Assembly: GCF_025526975.1 (NCBI RefSeq)
Contig: NW_026515673.1
Span: 372,001-436,000, forward strand
DNA: 64,000 nucleotides
Source: Fimicolochytrium jonesii
Lineage: Eukaryota
Reading direction: 5' to 3'
Shown: positions 39,353 through 51,843 of the stretch, in pieces
Numbering within the stretch: position 1 is the first letter of the stretch
Layout of the letters: each line of letters starts with the position of its first letter
Made by a program: the position numbers and the translations under genes
Notes under the pieces: model-generated
Databases searched by the model: none
What the model saw: only the letters and a program-made list of their open reading frames with translations
What the model was told of the DNA's origin: nothing

Positions 39353-42300
39353 TCACTGAATAACACAATCCTTCGTCTCCATATACTTTTGAATCTTCTT
39401 ATAATCCGTCCTGCTGGCCAACAGCTCATAAATCTCCTCAATCCGCAGCTGACCCTGGTACCTCGGCAGATCATGCACGAGCTTCCGCAGCTCGTCGCCA
39501 CCGTCCGCGAGGAAGAGGTTGCCGACTTCCTTGAGCACCTCGAACATCTTTTTCACGGAGCTGACTTTGAGCGTGCAGGACCATTCGTAGAAGGTGTTGA
39601 GGTCGATGATGAGTTGCATCGCGCCGGTTTGGGAGACTTGGAGGCGTTTGATGTTTTTGCAGATTACGCTGTGGGGCGGGAACATAACATAATGAGTGAG
39701 CTCTTATAATCCCGCTCTCGATGAAGTGCCCAGTGAACCCCTTTTTGATCCAAAACTCACTTGAATATCCGCACGCCAACCTCTCCAAAGAACACTTCCA
39801 TGGTATGCTTCTCCGCCACCCCATACAAAATCTTGGCATGCGAATTCAACGTATCAATCACCCTCAAACACGCCCTAGTCGGCTTCAAATCCATCACGAC
39901 ATCCTTCTCCGCCGGATTATAGTCCGTCGGTTTCTGCTCCACGAGCAAAATATACTCGACCTGGTTAACCAGCACCTGGATAGACTTATCCATCCCGCTC
40001 GCGACGCAATCATCCAATAGACGCTCAAACGCCTTTTTCTCGGTGACGATATCGGAGAGGAAATCGGACTCGTCTATCCACGATTTGACGTCTTCTTGGT
40101 AGTACACCTCAATCATTTGCTGAATGAGGTCGGCGATGTGGACGAGTTCGAAGAATTGGAGGGATTCGGGGTTTACGGCTTTTTCTTCGGAGGCGTCAGC
40201 GAGTTTGGCATCGGAAAGGCGCGCGAGGGCGGCGTCGAAGGCCGGTTTGATGTGGTTGGGGCCGACTACGTCTAGGAGGGCGCAGAAGACTCTTTCCACA
40301 TTTCGGCGGCTGTTCGTACGATGGAAACGATCATTAGCGAATGTGGAAAGATAAGGCGCAATTCACGGGCCCTCACATCTTCGTCGCATCCGTAGCCGAG
40401 GTAATGACCAGCACCCTCCCTAACGCCTCCTTATTGGTATGCATCAGATGCAAACACAGCTCCAACGAAACCAGACTATTGATCGAATTATCATCCAAAT
40501 GATACGTCACGTTATCCTCCTGCTCAACAGGAAGATGCGTGACGGGTTCCGCGTTCTCGAGCAGCGACTCGCGGTGCGGTTTGTCTTTGCTGCCGCCGCC
40601 GCCGCGGTTGCCGACCCCCGTGACCATCTTGCCGAACGCGACGGGGGCGAACATGATGGATTTCATGGTGTTCATTACTTGGCGTTTGTGGGCGGCGGCT
40701 TTGTCTTGGTCTGCTATGAAGCCTGCCGCTTTTTTCTTTTTGGGGTCGCCTTTCTGCAAAATGGGTAAGATTTGAGTCTTGCGTACAGGAGGTGATAGTT
40801 GCTGGCCGTCCCTCTGAACGGCGGCCCCTCCCGTAACATACCCTATTCCCCCATTTACTCAGCTCCTTATGAAACTTCCCATTCATATGCTCCAGCTCCA
40901 GCTTCATATACGTGCTCGTATACGGTTTGCAAATCTCCATCACCACATCTTTCAACTTATCCGTCTGCACGGGCACGCCCGCATCGTTATGCGCGATAAA
41001 CTCCGCAAACTGCATACAGCAATATATGCCCGTGGCAAGCGTATGGAGATACACCCCAAGCCCTTCCCTCTCCTTCGAAGCAGCCAATACCCCGCTCAGG
41101 TATTCCGCAACAGAGTCCTCAAACACCTTGTTAACAAACAACGTCAGCGCGTCGGCTTGGGCGGGGAACACCTGCGCAATCACACGAGCCTGCTCGCGAC
41201 AATTGTTCAAGGTGTAGTCGCTGAATTTGGCAAAATCGTCCGCGAGCGTGTAACCGGCGGCCGGGGCGGTCCCGGCCATCGGTACTTTATTGATGATGAG
41301 GGCGGGGTTATATGTCGGGTCGAAGAAGACTGGGTTCTTTGAGATGAACAGCTGGATGACGGCCCCGCCGCCGTTTAGGAAGTACGCGGCGTAGGCGTTA
41401 CGCTTCATCTCCTTCAAGTTCTTTCCATCGTACGCGCGCTCGAACTGTCCCAAAAGCATCGATTCGAACCATTCGATTGTGGTGTCCAGCGCAAACTGGA
41501 TGTCATCCGAACTCGGCACGAAATGCGCCTCGGAGAACAGTTTCAGCTTTCGGAGAATCATCGCGACTTCACTGAGATCCTTGAAGTCTTTGAAGACTTT
41601 GGAGTCCTTTTGTCGCTTGCGGAAATCGTAGTAGTATGGGCTAAGGTTGATGTACATCTGCTTGAAGATTTCGCGTGCGTTTTGAGTGCTCAATCGCGGG
41701 GCGCGTTTGACGGAGCCGACGCTGACTCTGCTACTCTGCCGCTCTAAACCCTTCAGGCCTCCCTGCCCAATTGTGATGTTTGACGATCGAGACGTCGGCA
41801 GTGCCGATGTGATTGATAGCTGCTGTGGGGACACGGGGCTTATTGGCAGCGGTGCTGCGGGAACTTCCGCATTCGTTGAAGGTCGTGCCGAGGCCTCGTC
41901 GTCCTCAGGAAGATCTTCAAGTGGGGCCTCCACCGATATGTCAGCCTCATCCTCGGGAATAGCTATAGCAGCCGCCTTCTCCAAAGACGGCGTCACTGGC
42001 GTCGGTAGATCATGTCCTGGTGTCACTGCTTCTGCAGCAACAGGTTTGTCCGAACCCTCTTCCTGGATAGAATCGTCCTTATCCGTCAGAGACCCCCACA
42101 ACGTCCCAGTCTCCAGATACTTTGTGCTCCCCGGCAACATATGACCACCCGGCATCTGTCGCAGCCTAGTGGACAAAAGCTCCACCAACCCCGAAGCATC
42201 GTTCTCCTTCCCCGCCGCATCATCCTGCCCCGCGCCGGCAGACTCCTCGGTCGTGCCGACCTGGAGTGCGCGGAGCTTCGGCTCGTAGACCTCATCGTTG

Positions 42301-42461
42301 TACGCGAGGATTTTGAAACGGCGGGAGACGCGGGCGACGGAGGAGAGGTCGGCGACGGGGAGGAAGGTGAAGGTGCGGATGACGAGATCGGGGGGGAGGG
42401 AGGCGATGGTTTTGGGTGGGGCCGCTGGGGCCGCGGGCTGGTTTGTTTTTCGGTTCAACAT
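39353..42461 (-). CDS. RCY1: F-box/Sec10-like recycling protein Rcy1/Pof6; 4 exons
   Basis: N-terminal F-box LPPDLVIRTFTFLPVADLSSVARVSRRF. Sec10-like body with FFELVHIADLIQQMIEVYY, KKAFERLLDDCVASG, FFGEVGVR, GAMQLIIDLNTFY. Confidence 0.88.
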
Positions 42462-43040
42462 GGTGGGTTCGGTTTTGTGAGAATGCTAGGCAATGTGTAT
42501 GTGAATGAGGCCGCCTTGTTCCAGCACTGTACGGCTGAGGAGGAGCGTACACAGAAGAAGGTCCGTGGCCTCTCTACGCGAGGGGTGGGAAAGCAAGATG
42601 AGAGTGCAGGATTGCGGGGTGCAATTGCGGCTTGAGCTCTTTACCTAGTGCACACGTAACGTCGCATGTCAATTAAATCTGTCACGCTTACCGCGAGTGT
42701 TTCCAGTGGGAAGTCCGCAATGGTGTGTTCTCCAGTTGTCAGGACCGGGTGGCAAATGCCTCCGGGCCTTCTTGCTTTTCACATGGTAATTTGCGACATG
42801 TGAGCGTCCCTCGGCGCGTTCGCTTTCATGTCGCCCTGGCTCAGTCGGCTTCTCACCGCAACTCCCAAAGAGGTCCCGGTTCTCAACCGTTGTTCGCAGA
42901 ACTTTTGCCGGCCGTCCCTTCGCTCCAAACCGACTCCAGACTCCATTACGAAGCTGGCTGCCCGCTGCTATCGTTGTCTAGGAACATCTCCGTCATCACA
43001 CTGAAAACGAACGTTGAACGCCACAAAAACGACATCGAAG

Positions 43041-44288
43041 ATGGCCGAACAAGAACAGCCCGTGAAGCCTGCTCCCCAGATGGACCAGATCAAGTCCCTG
43101 CTGGGTGGAGGTGCTGCCGGTGTGGCGACAGTCCTGGCTGGTGTAAGTGGACGAGAATCCGCTGCCGCTTCGAAAAGGAGTCCTCCCTAATCACCATAAT
43201 TATTATAGCACCCGTTCGATACGCTGAAAGTCCGTTTACAAACTGGAACGCAGTACAAGGGCTTGGCTGACTGCTTCAAGCAAACGATCGCAAAGGATGG
43301 TATTTTGGGACTGTACAGGGGTATGGCGTCCCCACTCGTCGGTGTAACGCCCATGTTCGCGCTGAGTTTTTGGGTGAGTTGGACGCATGCTGTGCCACGC
43401 TGTGATGCGTGAGAAGATTGGAGAAGACTAACCACCTCTCCTTGCCTCCACAGTCCTACGACCTCGGTTGTCAACTGGTCCGCGACATGACCCCCAACCG
43501 CAAATCCTCCGAACTCACATTGACCGAATACGCCATCGCCGGAGGTTTCTCAGCCATCCCAACGACGATCGTCACGACACCCATGGAACGCGTGAAGGTT
43601 GTTTTGCAAACGCAAGATCAGTCTGTTGGAGGGAAGAAGTACAAGGGGATGGGCGATGCTGCGGCTGCTATGTGGAGGGAAGGCGGGATCCGGTCCTTGT
43701 ACCGTGGAACCATCGCCACCTTGGCTCGTGACACGCCTGGGTCGGCTGCGTATTTCTGGGCTTACGAGGCTGTCTATCGGGCGCTGAAGCCAAAGGGAGA
43801 GCAAGGATTACCTGTCACGTCTGTTCTGTTTGCCGGAGGTATATCTTCATTGTTCGTGAAAGCAGGACTGTCCATGTGACTGACGCACACCTTTTTCAAA
43901 CAAAAGGAATGGCTGGTGTCGCTATGTGGTCAATCGCCATTGTAAGTGTCTCAGACTGCCAAGATTCTCGAACACCCCACTCACTAACAACATTATATAG
44001 CCTCCAGATGTGATCAAGTCTCGCATCCAGTCCGCCCCAGCAGGAACATACAAAGGATTCGTTGACTGCGGGATGCAAATTGTGGCGAAAGAAGGGCCAT
44101 CTGCACTTTTCAAGGGATTGGGACCCGCTCTTTTGCGTGCTTTCCCGGTAAGTACCCGCGATCCAGACTGCTCGCAAAGCGTTTTCCAAAAACGATTGTA
44201 TGCTAACTGAATTCACCTCAAACAGGCAAATGCAGCAGGTTTCCTGGGTAGAGCCGCCATGATGGAGGTGCTTCACCGCCTCTGGTGA
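43041..44288 (+). CDS. CRC1: Mitochondrial carnitine/acylcarnitine carrier (SLC25A20-like), multi-exon
   Basis: [78 protein letters not shown]. Confidence 0.92.
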
Positions 44289-44708
44289 TCTGGATAGATT
44301 CGATGTCCTTGGGCTTCAACGCGTGTCTGCTTCATGAAGGGCTTATCCACCGCGGTATACCACTGGGGGACTCCTCTTTTTGTCTTACATTATTTTAAAG
44401 TGCAGTTCCGGGCTCGCTCTTCCCTAGTTAGATGCAGCGTAGGAATGTACTCGGCATAGATCAGGCTCTTAAATATTTTGCAATCAGATTTCGAAATGCT
44501 TGCTTCTGCACAAAGATGTACTGGGGTGAGAGGTACCGAAATAACCGCCAGATTGAGAAATTTCCTGGTCAACTTTCTATCTAGTGCTGATAGTCTACAA
44601 TCTAATGCATTGATCCAAGTCGTAGATGATGTTTGGATCCCCAGTAAGTCCAGTGAATGTGCGCGTTTTGCACGGCTGTCGCCTCCTAAAGATGGGTTCC
44701 ACCCGGAT

Positions 44709-45483
44709 TCACTTGCTTTCGTCGAGGAAATCCTTTGTCGGCGGGTTTCCAATGAACTTCGTGTGGCTGATAGAAACGGGTCCGTTATCCTCCAAGCCCC
44801 ACCACGCACCTACGGATGAAAAGAACGCACCTTCCGGTTGCCAGCAGCTTGTTCCCGGAGTGGATCTGGACAGTCGCGTAAGCCAGGTTCCTGAAGCGCA
44901 AGAACAAAGACATGAACATAGGTACGGCGAGAGTTCTCATCGATGGTAACAACATCCTCTTCTCGTTACCGTCCAGCTTTATGACACGTCGATGAAATCT
45001 CAAGCTTGTTGCCCAGTTTCCCACCTGCCCACGATCCTCAGGGTCAGGACCTCGTTTCGCGTTTGGTCCATCAACTACGAAAGGGGAACTGTACCATTCA
45101 TGAAAGACACTGAGATGTCACTGCTCACCTGCAGGCGGGGTAAAACGTCGTCAATACGCCGTCCCGCCCAGGATGACTATGACCCCCACCGGCTACCACG
45201 CATTGGCCCCACATCTCACCCCAGTATGCGAGTTGTTCGTCTTCGCCGCAATCGCCAACGACCCCACAATATCCACCAGAGTGCATATAGCACCGCCATG
45301 CAACCCCTGAAGCCGGTTCAAGTGATGCTTCTCGACCTCCATTTCGCATTTCACCGAACCTGTTTCTTGAGATGCGGTGATGACGCGCATGCCGCCGAGG
45401 ACGCGGGTGTCGAGGCCGCCGAAGTTGGCGAGCGAGTGCCAAGTTCGGGTGACGGTTTCCAATGCGGTTCTGGTGGGACGCAT
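44709..45483 (-). CDS. Hotdog-fold acyl-CoA thioesterase (PaaI/ACOT13-like); 5 exons
   Basis: HLNRLQGLHGGAICTLVDIVGSLAI, GVSSDISVSFM, KAGRNLAYATVQI, LATG.HTKF reconstructed across GT-AG introns. Confidence 0.88.
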
Positions 45484-45848
45484 TGTATTTTTGGCGGAGT
45501 GTTGGTGAGGAGGGATGCTCTGAGAGGACCTGAAGTTGAAGTCTGGGAACGAGAATGCCGAATGCCAAGTTCCACTTGCCCCGAGTCATTCAATTGCACA
45601 CGTCACCACCACGGTCAACTGCTCAAAAAGTTCGTGGGCTTGCTCATTTCTCGGCGCTCCCCCTCTGCGAACTGCCAATCCAGATCCAGGCTACTGCAAC
45701 TCATAAATCTATATAGTCACCCGTACGAGCCGCTACCTCTTTGCCAGCCGCAACGTCAGACCTTCCCATCACCGAAATCGACTTTACGTTTTGCCACTCC
45801 ATACTTGTCCGCCCCCATCAATTTTGACTTGCGAACGAGGTCTTGGCA

Positions 45849-48800
45849 ATGTCGAGCGCGGAGCTGGAACTCCTGTTTGCTATGCCTCATGTGTCCATAC
45901 GGACCGAGGAGGCGAACCCAACCATTGGATATCTATGTCTCATAAGTCAGGTATGCTTTTGGACATCTTGGAAAAGCATGCACCGTCGCAAAGCGTCAAT
46001 AACCGCTCGAGCCAATGCAGAGTGACGCCGGAAATTTGCTGGCATGGGTTCCTCGTAAGACCATTCCGAGGGTAGAGCTGGACGCATATGCCGAGGTCGT
46101 GTCCAGGACACGAAAAGGTATCGTCACGGGAATGCGAAACTGTCCCCAAAGCGCCGCGTTCTCACGCTCAACCATCAGCACGGAAGAACTGGGGTCAACC
46201 GTTAGCAGACATCATAAGAGACGGACAGAAGTATACCCTCTCAGGCCTCACAGAATCTATATCGGCACCGCTGGACGACATCGACCGGCTCGGGATCGGC
46301 CGGGACTTGACGCTGAATAAAGGCGAGGAGGTGTGCTTGGTCAGGTTGACCGTGAATTTGACGTTTGGAGGCGCCCAGTTACCCGATCTGTGGTTCGAGA
46401 ACGACGATTTTGGAAGGCCGCCGTCTTTAGAGGACGTGGAAGAGGATCTGCGGGGGTGGTTTGAGGCGATTGGGAAGAATCTTGCAAAGTGAGGACTGAT
46501 GTCGTAACACCACTCTGTAATGAACGCGGCTGACCACTTATCCAGGGCACCAACAGACGGCAGACCGAACGCCGACGCCTCGCATATGTTCCAGTACCGT
46601 CTATCCGACAAGTTCGAGCTGCCAGCAGATGCAACCCTGCTCGGGAAACCGCAAACTCGTAAATGGCCAGAAGGGTGGCCAGCTGTTCCGGAAGAGTCGG
46701 CGGTGCATCGGTTTGGGTCGTATGGATTCAATGTCGTCACGCAGATTGTGGGGCAGCCTATGGCAAACGTAAGCTCTATCTGAAGCGTTTTACGCGTTTG
46801 TGGAGTACACTCAGCCCTTTCTACAGAAAATTGAGGACGTTGGCTGGAACATGCTTGAGCGCTTTTCCAAGGTTACCAACATCGCCAAGAACACCACCGG
46901 TGTGTATATGTAGGAAACATCATCATCGACATTAATTCCGCATGCTCAACGTTGTCATGTTCCCATCCAGTACAAGTCCTCGAACACCCACTCGCACGCC
47001 CCATCCTCCCCTACATTCCGCAAAACGTCCGGTCTCTCTTCCTCTCATCAGCCGAAGCCGAAGCGCTACTCGCCGAATACGAGCCTGCAGGCCAATACGT
47101 TGCTCGATTTGCCGCAGACCTGCAGAGCCGGCTGGGGAGTCACCCTACCCCACCGCCTCAACTGAAGAAGGACAAAACGCGGGATTTTGAAGTGCTTTCT
47201 GTATGTTGTGTGGTGCGGACGTCAGGGGTGTGAAGTTGGACATGGCTTACTTGAAGACATTCAGGTCGGCCGTCGCCACCATCGGACTGGGGAAGCATTA
47301 TCCGCAGAGCAGTGGATCTCTTGGGTACGCTATATATATACCTTGATTCTTCATTGGGCGTGAACATCAGACTCACGCGTTTCACAATCGTAGTATGACC
47401 ACACGGGGAAGTTGACATTGTCAGAGCGGGAGATCAGAGCCATTGTCTTTTCCGGGGTTAGTCTAAATTCTCGTCAGCAAGGCTGCGGACATTCCGAAAG
47501 GATGCTAACGCATCTCCTGCCTTAATCACAGGGTGTCGAGAACGATGTGCGGGTGGATGTCTGGAAGTACCTGCTGAAAGTATACCCCTACGACTCCACC
47601 GACGCCGAGCGGACCTTGATAATGGAAAAGCGGAAGTACGTTGTAACGTAAACTGGAGGTCCACGCCGGCACGGGACTAACAATATCCTCGCAGCACCGA
47701 ATACGAAGACATGAAAGCCCAATGGCAATCCATCCTCCTCGATGTCGCGCAATCCGAAGCAGCAGCCCTCAAGGCCGGCCTCACCCTCGAACAGCGCGAG
47801 TCGCAAGCCGGCGACGAGAAGGAGGACGCGGACGTGGTGACCAAGATCAAGGAGCGCAAGTACCGCGTCGAGAAGGATGTGGTGCGGACGGACCGGACGA
47901 TACCCTTTTTTGCAAACTTGGCGGGTGAGGAGGAGATCAGTCCGGTGTCGCCGTCGGATATGCAGGAGGTGATTTCGGCGAATAGGAATTTAGAGATGTT
48001 GAGGAATATTTTGGTTACGTATACTATGTACAATTTTGAATTGGGTAGGTTTGGGATGGATTGCTTTGGGGGTGAAGTCGGCGACGCCTGGCGACTGACG
48101 GAAATTTTGATCCCTTTTAGGATATGTGCAAGGCATGAATGACCTCCTCGCACCGATACTAGTAGTGATGCAGAATGAGAATGAGGCGTTTTGGTGTCTT
48201 GTCCAGTTCATGGAAGTCGTTGTGAGTGTGGATTCGGAGAGTTTCACGAAAACTTTCCGAAATCGCAACCCGCTCACGTTCACCACCCCTCTACAGCAGT
48301 CGAACTTCTTCCGGGACCAAAGCGGTATGCGGAAGCAGCTCCGGCGCTTGGAGCTACTCATCAAGTTGATGGACCCATACCTTTACGCTCACATGGGTGA
48401 GTCGCTCATCAGGGTTGCTGCAATGACTCTCAATGCTCGCTCTAACGGTCCGTTCCGTCTTTTTGCAGAGATTACAGACAGCATCAATCTCTTCTGCTGT
48501 TTCCGGTGGCTCCTGATCTACTTCAAGCGCGAGTTTGAGTTTGCCGACATCATGCGGCTGTGGGAAGTCATGTGGGCCTGCCCGCTGACGAAGGAGTTCC
48601 ACCTGTTTGTCGCATTTGCGATCTTGAATCAGCATCGGCAGGAGTTGATGGCCAAAACTGCTTTTGATGAGACGCTGAAGGTAGGTCCGAGAGTGGATGG
48701 AATGGAAGGTTCCCTGCTCCACGTGTGCGGCCCTTCTCACAATCCATCCCCGCAAATTTCTCAGTACATCAACGACCTATCCGGCCACATACACCTCGAA

Positions 48801-49091
48801 AGCACCCTCGAACGCGCCGAGATCCTCTTCAAAGTCTTTGGCGAGCGCATCGGTGAAGCTGCGCGCGAAAAGCTCGGCGTCGACCTCGCAGTCGACGCGG
48901 GCGCCGAGGACGATGATGCGCTGTTCCGCGTCGTGCGTGAGGGTTACCTGAGTGTTCCACCGGGTGGGAGGCGGTCACCGTCGCCGGCCAGGGGGAGAAC
49001 AAGCACGGCATCGTCGGCGGCGGCTAATGGGACGGTTGAGTGCTCGGAGGAGGAGTTGTGGGAGTTGATTGAGCTTCTGCAGAAGCGATAG
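45849..49091 (+). CDS. GYP7: TBC-domain Rab GAP, Gyp7/TBC1D15-like; many exons
   Basis: WNMLERFSKVT, VWKYLL, VEKDVVRTDR, GYVQGMNDLLAPI, FFRDQSGMRKQL, CCFRWLLIYFKREF. Confidence 0.88.
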
Positions 49092-49963
49092 CAACCCCCC
49101 GGGACACTTTACTCTATATGTAGGTGAGATTCCCTGATGGGGCGACGTACATTACCTGCGAGAGGAAAAACCAGTTGGAGGAGTGTTGGCTTTTCTCTCA
49201 GTTGTAATTTAGTAAGTGGCAGCCGATATCCCTTCCTTTTAATACTGTATGTAATCCATCCCCCTGTTCTGCTTTTTTTCTGCTTTAGGATGTAGTGTAA
49301 TAAGTCGCAGGAACAAATGTATCTTTCTTTTTTTTTTGGATTTGGGTACCATTTCCTGATGAATTGACGTGACTTTGCTCAAGGCTTTTCTGGAACCCCC
49401 GAAAATTGACAGGTTGCGGAGGGACAGTAAGGGACCAGCGTGACACGAGGAAGGCACGTGACAACCGGACGGATGAATTGGCCAGCGGTGATGATGAGTC
49501 GACTCAGTCGACCGCTTGCACGTCGCTGATTGGTTTCCCAGAAGAATCGCATCCCTACATCACAATCAGCAGGGGCCATATTTGCAATAGATGAGAGCGC
49601 GTCTGTTTCCACCCATCCAGCAAGCCCCCCGAGAGCGAGCGCAAGAGGCAAGCAAGAGTCAAGCGCCCGTCAAAAACGCAAAAACTGGCTGTGGCGGCGA
49701 CGGGGGGGAAGAGCCTTGCTGCTGCTGCTGCTGCCGCGAACGACCACCTCCACAAAATCCCTCACTTCAAAGCCCTTCGCCATTTCTCGACAACCCCTGC
49801 GCTCGCAAACGTCCATGTAGTGTAGACCTCCCCTCCTTTGTACCATATACTATCCCTCCCTTGTACAGTAGATAGCATATACGTCGTCTTTCTTGGTTTC
49901 TTTTGGTTATTCCCTTAATTCACTCCTACAGTACATAGACCAACAACACACGACACGCCCGCA

Positions 49964-50786
49964 ATGGAGTTCCTTTCGCCAGCAGCACCCGCTCCCTTTT
50001 CACCACTCGGCGTCGGCGCTCCACCTGGGTTCCAACTCCACTCTCTGTCACCATTCGTCTGCCCAGCACCAAACCCTCCTGCCCTCGTCAAGGCCGTCGT
50101 TCCCGATTCCCCACCGTCGCCAGAACAGCACGCCCAAGCGGTGGACATTCCTGCACCAACCGTCGTATCCGCTGACCATACAGTCATTCGTCCCTCCGTG
50201 AGGTCGAAAGTTGCAAACAGGCCGTACGGACAGCCTCGAAAGAATGTCACGTTTCGTGAGGTGTGTTTCCCGTGCACATGGTCTGCAAGTCGGATTGAGC
50301 TTGCCCCAATCAATCTCTAACACCCCTCATTCCTTCTAGTTTGTGACTGTGGCCCCGACATGGAGCGGCGACGAGTACGACCGCACAAGCACGGACGTGG
50401 AACCGCTCACCAAGCGGGATCTCATCGAACTACTCCTGTTCCGGGCCGAGATGCAAAACTACACCAGGGAGCTTGTTCGTATTCGCAAGCAGGCCATCGA
50501 CGCTGAACGCCGTTTCCAACGTCAACAAGAAATTGCTGCATTGCAAGCCTACCAACGCTGCACGATCGCTGCAGCGGCGCAATACGCTGCTCACCCCACT
50601 CTCGGTTGGGGCGGTGGTATGGCCATAGCTGCGGCTGGCGGTACCCCCATGTATACACCTTACCAACACCAAAACGACCAAGCTTTGTACTTCAACGACA
50701 AGATTCAGGCCTACCGTTCCGCCACACCCGGTTATCCAAGCCACGGTCGCAGCGACTACGGCATGGACAACATTGTATATTACTAG
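49964..50786 (+). CDS. Small protein with Bni4/neurabin-type PP1-docking motif; 2 exons
   Basis: Intron 50261-50339 joins RKNVTFRE to FVTVAPTWSGDEYDRTS. Confidence 0.7.
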
Positions 50787-51843
50787 ACGCCGCTTTTCGA
50801 TACCCGCCTGAAAAGCACCCGTTTCCGCGCTGGAGCTCCCGTCTCAAGATGTTCGGGTCTCAAGTGTCGGACGACAAGTGCATACAAGCGAAAGCTAGCA
50901 AACCCGTTTCAACGAAACAAGACTTCAGGAAAGGGGACCTTCACGGGCCGCCTTACCCCTGATCCTAGACTGTACAGCAACAATTTTCCAAAGTCTCTTT
51001 CTTCTCGACGTATTTCTTACTACAAGCTACCATAGACGATGAACCACCGCAATGTCCGACCGCCGTTTTATATCCATCTTTTATCGGAAACTTCGGCAGT
51101 CGCGGCGGGTCTCATCACGTATATACAACTACCTCCGCCTACGAACACCATTTTTGAGAACGATGGAGGGCGGCCATCCGGCGGGAACCGAAAACCGGGG
51201 AGAGGAAAACCACTCGAACGATGTACATTTGCGTATTCCTCTCCCGGGGATATCTCATAACATTTCCTGTGTTCAACAGTACCTTCATAGTACCTCACCT
51301 TCGGTTCCCTGCTTCTTCTCGTAGATACTGCGTACATTTCTTTCCCCCTTGTCTATCCATATTTCCCCTGCCAGCAACCCATCAACGAGCAGATCGTTGT
51401 ACAAATAATTGATCTGACGTTGTGGGAGGCCCGGCGTAGTAAAAAACTCCCCCTTTTCTGTTTTCTATATCTTCCCCCCCCCATCCTGTCCCCGTATCAA
51501 CCTTTCCTTCCGATCTAACATTGGAACTAGTGTATATATATATTTTTCTTTTCGCGCGATGTTTGAAAGCGAAGAAAGGCTAGAGCGGACATGGTTTTCA
51601 CAAATACAAAAGCTCTCATTTTACTCGTTCTCTTCGCACGAATTAACAAATGTGAGATTGTTTAGTATTTTGGTACAGCAAGTCGCCTTCCTGTATGTCG
51701 TCAAACTTTAACGCAGAAAAAGGAGAAAATGGCGATGGAATATGTATTGTCAAAAGTGTGTGCAACAATCGTCAAGCTCGTGCCGTGTACGCTTTCATCT
51801 AGCGAAAAGACGACACCCCCAAGAACCTCTCATCCACGCCACC

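Noticed and set aside
44992..45945. 317-aa plus-strand ORF
   Set aside because: Antisense to the spliced thioesterase gene and across its promoter; no motifs.
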